Assembly: GCA_963727445.1 (NCBI GenBank)
Contig: CAVSGI010000021.1
Span: 448,001 to 512,000 of the forward strand
Direction: 5' to 3'
DNA length: 64,000 bases
Source of the DNA: an uncultured delta proteobacterium
GTDB lineage: Bacteria; Myxococcota_A; Polyangia; Polyangiales; B10-G4
The notes beneath the pieces were generated by a model. It was not told the DNA's origin and did no database searches. It saw only the letters and a list, made by a program, of their open reading frames with translations. Numbering within the stretch: the stretch's first letter is position 1; every line of letters begins with the position of its first letter. The position numbers and the translations under genes were made by a program. Shown piece by piece: positions 60,274 to 64,000 of this stretch.

Positions 60274-60412
60274 GCAGCCTTCGCTTCGCTCGGCTGCTTG
60301 CGTCGACGCTGGGGCGCGGGGGGCCGGAAACGCTCAATTGAGGTCAGGGGCTGCGCCCCCAACACCGACGAGGGGGAGGGTCCCCCTCGTCGCCTCGCGC
60401 TTCGCGCTCGGC
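60274..60412. repeat. Cluster of short REP-like hairpins
   Basis: GCAGCC..GGCTGC (60274-60297), GGGGC-tgc-GCCCC (60347-60359), perfect 12-bp stem CGACGAGGGGGA-ggg-TCCCCCTCGTCG (60366-60392). Confidence 0.65.
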
Positions 60413-60438
60413 TCTCACGTCTGCCCGGTCGCTGTGTT

Positions 60439-60830
60439 TGAGCCTGACCCGCTGGGCTAACGGGGACGGTCTACACTTTTCAACTTTCGCCACGCGCGCC
60501 CGGGTTCCATCCGCATGCGCACGGCCCGCTAACGGGTGAGCCTGACCCGCTGGGCTAACGGGGACGGTCTACACTTTTCAACTTTCGCCACGCGCGCCCG
60601 GGTTCCATCCGCATGCGCGCGGCCCAGCCGAAAGTTGAAAAGTGTAGACCGTCCCCATCAAGCGCATGATCAAGCGCATGCGCGCGGCCCAGCCGAAAGT
60701 TGAAAAGTGCAGACCGTCCCCATCAAGCGGTCCCCATCAAGCGATGCTCGAGCCGAAAGTTGAAAAGTGTAGACCGTCCCCATCAAGCGCCCATCAAGCG
60801 GTCCCCATCAAGCGCGGTCCCCATCAAGCG
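60439..60830. repeat. Complex built from a 28-bp inverted repeat (2 forward + 3 reverse copies) with tandemly amplified ends
   Basis: GGGGACGGTCTACACTTTTCAACTTTCG at 60462 and 60560; reverse complement at 60629, 60694 (1 mismatch) and 60754; repeated GTCCCCATCAAGCG. Confidence 0.92.
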
Positions 60831-60873
60831 CTCCTGAGCGAGCGAGCGCAGCGAAGCGCAAGCGACGCGCAGA

Positions 60874-62227
60874 CTACAGCGCTAGAATCGCCCCGCCTCG
60901 GGGATAGCTGAGCTCGGGCCCCACGGGATCGCAGCCTTGCATCGGCGGGGTGTTCTCGCATTGGTGTTCGTCCACATGGCCCACCAGCGTTCCGCCCCAG
61001 ACGAAGAGGCGACGCCCGGTCCAGGCGATGGCAGCGTTGACCCGATTCTTCACCGGTCCGGGATCGATCTCGGTCCAGGTGTCCGCGTTCGGGTCGTAGA
61101 GGGCGAGCCATTTCAGGTCGCGATGGCGAAGCAGGAGGCGGCCGTCGTCGAGGGCGTGCGCACGCACCCACGTGGTGTCGACGTGGCGCGACAAGGCGAC
61201 CGGGCGCCATCGATTGGCCACCGGATCGTAGCTCCCGCCTGTGTGTATCGGCTCGCCGACGCATCCCTGACACGCCGCGTGACCGCCGAGCACGTAGACC
61301 CGTTCGCCGGCTACGGTGACGAGGGAGTCGTCGGAGATCGCCGGCGCACCCTCTTCGGTCACCGGCGTCCACCGCCGCGCGCGCAGATCGAAGACACCAC
61401 CATCGGTACGGATCCCGTCCTGGTCTCGCCCCCCGAAGACCACGACCACCTCTGCCACGTGCTCGACGACGAGCGGTGAGCGAGGCGCGGGCGCACCTTC
61501 GGTCGGCAGCGCCATCCAGGTCGCGTCGGGGATCGACAGCAGATAAGCGTCGCCGAGATGCCGTCCTGGAGGATTCTCCCAGCCGCCGTAGAGGAAGACA
61601 CCGTCGTCGACCTCCGTCACCCCTTGTTGCGTGCGACGTGGCGGCACGTGGCCGCCCACCGGTTGTGTGGAGCCGTCCACGGCGACGAGGCGGGTGTGGG
61701 CAAAGTCCACCCAGCTCGCTTCGTAGTCCGCCACCACCATCAAATCGCCCACCGCCGCGATCGGAGACGCCATCAGGGCATCGGGTGCGGGCGAAAGAGA
61801 GGTGAGCTCCACGTTCGAGAGAAGCCCCGCCGTGTCGTTGGGCGGAAGGACGTGCGTCACGAAGAGGCGACCGCCCAGGTTCTGAAAGACGTTGCCGAAG
61901 CGTCCGAGCTCCGCGGGCAGGGACACCTCCGCCCACGCGTCGTCGCAGGGGTCGAAGCTCGCCGCGCTGCTCCGCTCCATCTGCTCACGGCGGAGGACGA
62001 GGATCTTCTCGCCATTCCACGCAGCCAGAGGTGGCGGTCCCTGACGGTTGTGAAGCGGGCCGTCCGGCAGCGCTGACCATCGTCCGGGGTCGTCCACCGG
62101 ACACTCATCCGCATATGAAAAGACGCGCGACCCCGCCGGCTCGGGATGGGGCTTGGTCGGAGCGTGTCTCACGCGCAGTGGCGCCGCACGCCGACAGGAG
62201 TAGGAGGGGCCAGATCAGAGTACGCAC
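60874..62227 (-). CDS. Kelch-repeat (beta-propeller) lipoprotein; frameshift between about 62115 and 62172
   Basis: VRTLIWPLLLLSAC signal in a different frame from the body; LYGG, VFGG, VLGG, VWGG, YDP..W kelch motifs. Confidence 0.8.
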
Positions 62228-62303
62228 GGCCTCAATCTATCGATCCGGTGCCTGACCGAAAACCCGTGTCCGAAAGCGCATCCGGTATGATCCCGACCTG
62301 GCT

Positions 62304-63941
62304 TTGCCCCGGATCGCTCTCACGCTCTGTGTCGCGCTCCTCGCCGGCTGTGGCCGAGTGGGCTTCCCCTCGCTCCAGGATGCCGCGATTGCGGACGCCG
62401 CGAGTGACGCGGATGCGGCCGATGATGGGGCGATCCCCGATGCCACGGTGCCCGACGCGAGGGCGGACACCGGCCTCCCCGCCGATGCGATCTACCTCGG
62501 TCCCAGTGGTGACGACACGGCCGCGGGCACCCTCGACGCGCCGTACCGCACCTTTTCGAAAGCGCTCTCCGTCGCGAGGCCGGGCGCGACCGTGGTGGCG
62601 CTTTCCGGCACGTACGCCCAGTCGACAGGCACCGGGCTGCTCGACGCCGACTGCACAGCGGCGAGCGTGGCCTGCGAGGGAGCGCCGTGCGTGGATGGAA
62701 CGCCGTCGGCGCCCATCGTCGTCCGAGCACTGGTCGATCAGGGCGCGACACTTCGGGCGGAAGCGGGGGACACCTCGAACCCCGTGCGGCTCGCGGAGTG
62801 CGACTACTACCACGTCGAGGGGTTCACCATCCTCGGGCTGGACGATGCCGAAAACCCCTGGGCCAACGTGCAGGCCGGCAACGTCGAAGGGTTCGTGCTC
62901 CGCCGCTCCCTCGTGGCGCGCTCGAACCGCTTCAACAACAGTCACCTCGTCGAGATCTTCGGTGGCAGCGATATCCTCGTCGAAGACAACGAGCTCTACG
63001 ACTTCCATCGCACCGCCGTGCTGGCCTACCAGGCGAGGCGCGTGACCGTTCGGCGGAACTACGCCAACGCGCGCAGCTACGCCGATCTCGGCGGAGGCTT
63101 CGTGAGCACCTACCCCGAAAGCGGCGACGAGGCCTTCTCCTGTGCCCACAGCAGTGAGTGTCTCTTCGAGAACGACGTCTCTGACGGCGACCAGAACAAG
63201 GGCTTCGGGATGACGACGGGCCTTCCCGTCCTCGACGGCCTGGGGGGCGCTGGAGATGACGCGCGCTTCCTCGGCGATCTCGTGGTCGGCGCGAACTACG
63301 GCCTGATCGGCGGGAGCAGCTGTGCGGGGATGGCCGCGTGCGCGACGATGGACGAGCGGGTGATCGATGGCCTCACGATCGCCGACTTCGTGGCGATCGA
63401 CACCACCTCTCACGGGATCTTCGTGCGCGGTGCGCGCGGGGTGAGCGTCGACAGCGTGACGTTGCTGCGCTCGAGCTTCCGGGTCGACGTAGTTGCCGAG
63501 AACGTCAGCCTGCCTTGCACCCTCAGCGTCTTCGGGCTCCTGGTCTCGACGGGCTCGGACACCACTGGCGTGACCATCCTCGATCAAGCGTCATACACCC
63601 TCGACTTCAGCAACAGCTTCGGGACCGGGACGGGATTCGACACCGGCGCCGATCTGTCGGGCTTCGGGATGTTCAACACCGAGATCGACCCGATGCTCGG
63701 TGGATGTGTGCATCGCATCCCTCGGACCTCTCCCATGTCCGGTGCGGGCGTTTGCGGCAACGACATCGGCGCGCGCCTGGTGTTCCGTTACGTCGATGGT
63801 GTTCAGACGGTCGACAGCCTCTGGCAGGCCGACGGGTCCTTTCCGTGTCGTACCATCGTCCCCGGCATCAACGACGGACCGAACGATTGCCGAACGCTCC
63901 ACACCCGGTTGGGCATCGGCACCACCTGCACGGTGCAGTGA
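62304..63941 (+). CDS. Right-handed parallel beta-helix lipoprotein (DUF1565/pectin-lyase-like)
   Basis: LAGC-GRVGF lipobox; GDDTAAGTLDAPYRTF, GTY, ILVEDN, VTVRRN, LFEN. Confidence 0.8.
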   Translation: MPRIALTLCVALLAGCGRVGFPSLQDAAIADAASDADAADDGAIPDATVPDARADTGLPADAIYLGPSGDDTAAGTLDAPYRTFSKALSVARPGATVVALSGTYAQSTGTGLLDADCTAASVACEGAPCVDGTPSAPIVVRALVDQGATLRAEAGDTSNPVRLAECDYYHVEGFTILGLDDAENPWANVQAGNVEGFVLRRSLVARSNRFNNSHLVEIFGGSDILVEDNELYDFHRTAVLAYQARRVTVRRNYANARSYADLGGGFVSTYPESGDEAFSCAHSSECLFENDVSDGDQNKGFGMTTGLPVLDGLGGAGDDARFLGDLVVGANYGLIGGSSCAGMAACATMDERVIDGLTIADFVAIDTTSHGIFVRGARGVSVDSVTLLRSSFRVDVVAENVSLPCTLSVFGLLVSTGSDTTGVTILDQASYTLDFSNSFGTGTGFDTGADLSGFGMFNTEIDPMLGGCVHRIPRTSPMSGAGVCGNDIGARLVFRYVDGVQTVDSLWQADGSFPCRTIVPGINDGPNDCRTLHTRLGIGTTCTVQ

Positions 63942-64000
63942 TCCCGGCCCTTTAAAGGGGACCGCCGGTGGGTGCCTCCTCGAAGCACCCCCGGCTGCGT

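Noticed and set aside
60626..60789. CRISPR-like array of three 39-bp repeats at 65 and 60 bp periods
   Set aside because: The spacers (26 and 21 bp) are fragments of the repeat and loop rather than unique sequence, inverted copies lie upstream, and no cas genes are present.
60666..60911. 81-aa ORF with repeated PKVEKCRPSPSS
   Set aside because: Translation of the non-coding repeat; no independent support.
63945..64000. GC hairpin CCGGTGGGTGC..GCACCCCCGG, considered as the end of 6S or SRP RNA
   Set aside because: Truncated by the window edge and lacking diagnostic flanking motifs; it could equally be a terminator-like stem.

Overview
A GC-rich chromosomal window whose gene content (MYXO-CTERM, PEGA, FHA, PilZ, Cys-rich lipoproteins, many Ser/Thr kinase-like genes) points to Myxococcota, probably Polyangiales/Sandaracinaceae-like (inference). 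About 57 densely packed CDS are supported, including czcA-type RND, pcnB, nagZ, coaX, HtrA, murI, a two-kinase operon, an M23 peptidase and LysR/aldo-keto reductase. No rRNA, tRNA, CRISPR or transposase gene is visible. Nine single-base frameshifts in eight genes look like long-read errors, and several lie at or beside GATC. Non-coding highlights: (i) a ~600 bp repeat complex at 60.26-60.87 kb built on a 28-bp inverted repeat whose ends have been stuttered outward; (ii) a 166-bp CTAG-bounded MITE-like element in front of coaX; (iii) a perfect GT-N7-AC NrtR-type operator upstream of an SPFH + NAD-kinase-like operon; (iv) three sigma54 promoters and many TANNNT-type leaderless starts. Several genes are apparently intact but catalytically degenerate enzyme homologs: a sulfatase, two kinases, a metalloprotease, an alpha/beta hydrolase, a STAND ATPase and a receiver. 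All family calls come from motif recognition by eye, not database searches.
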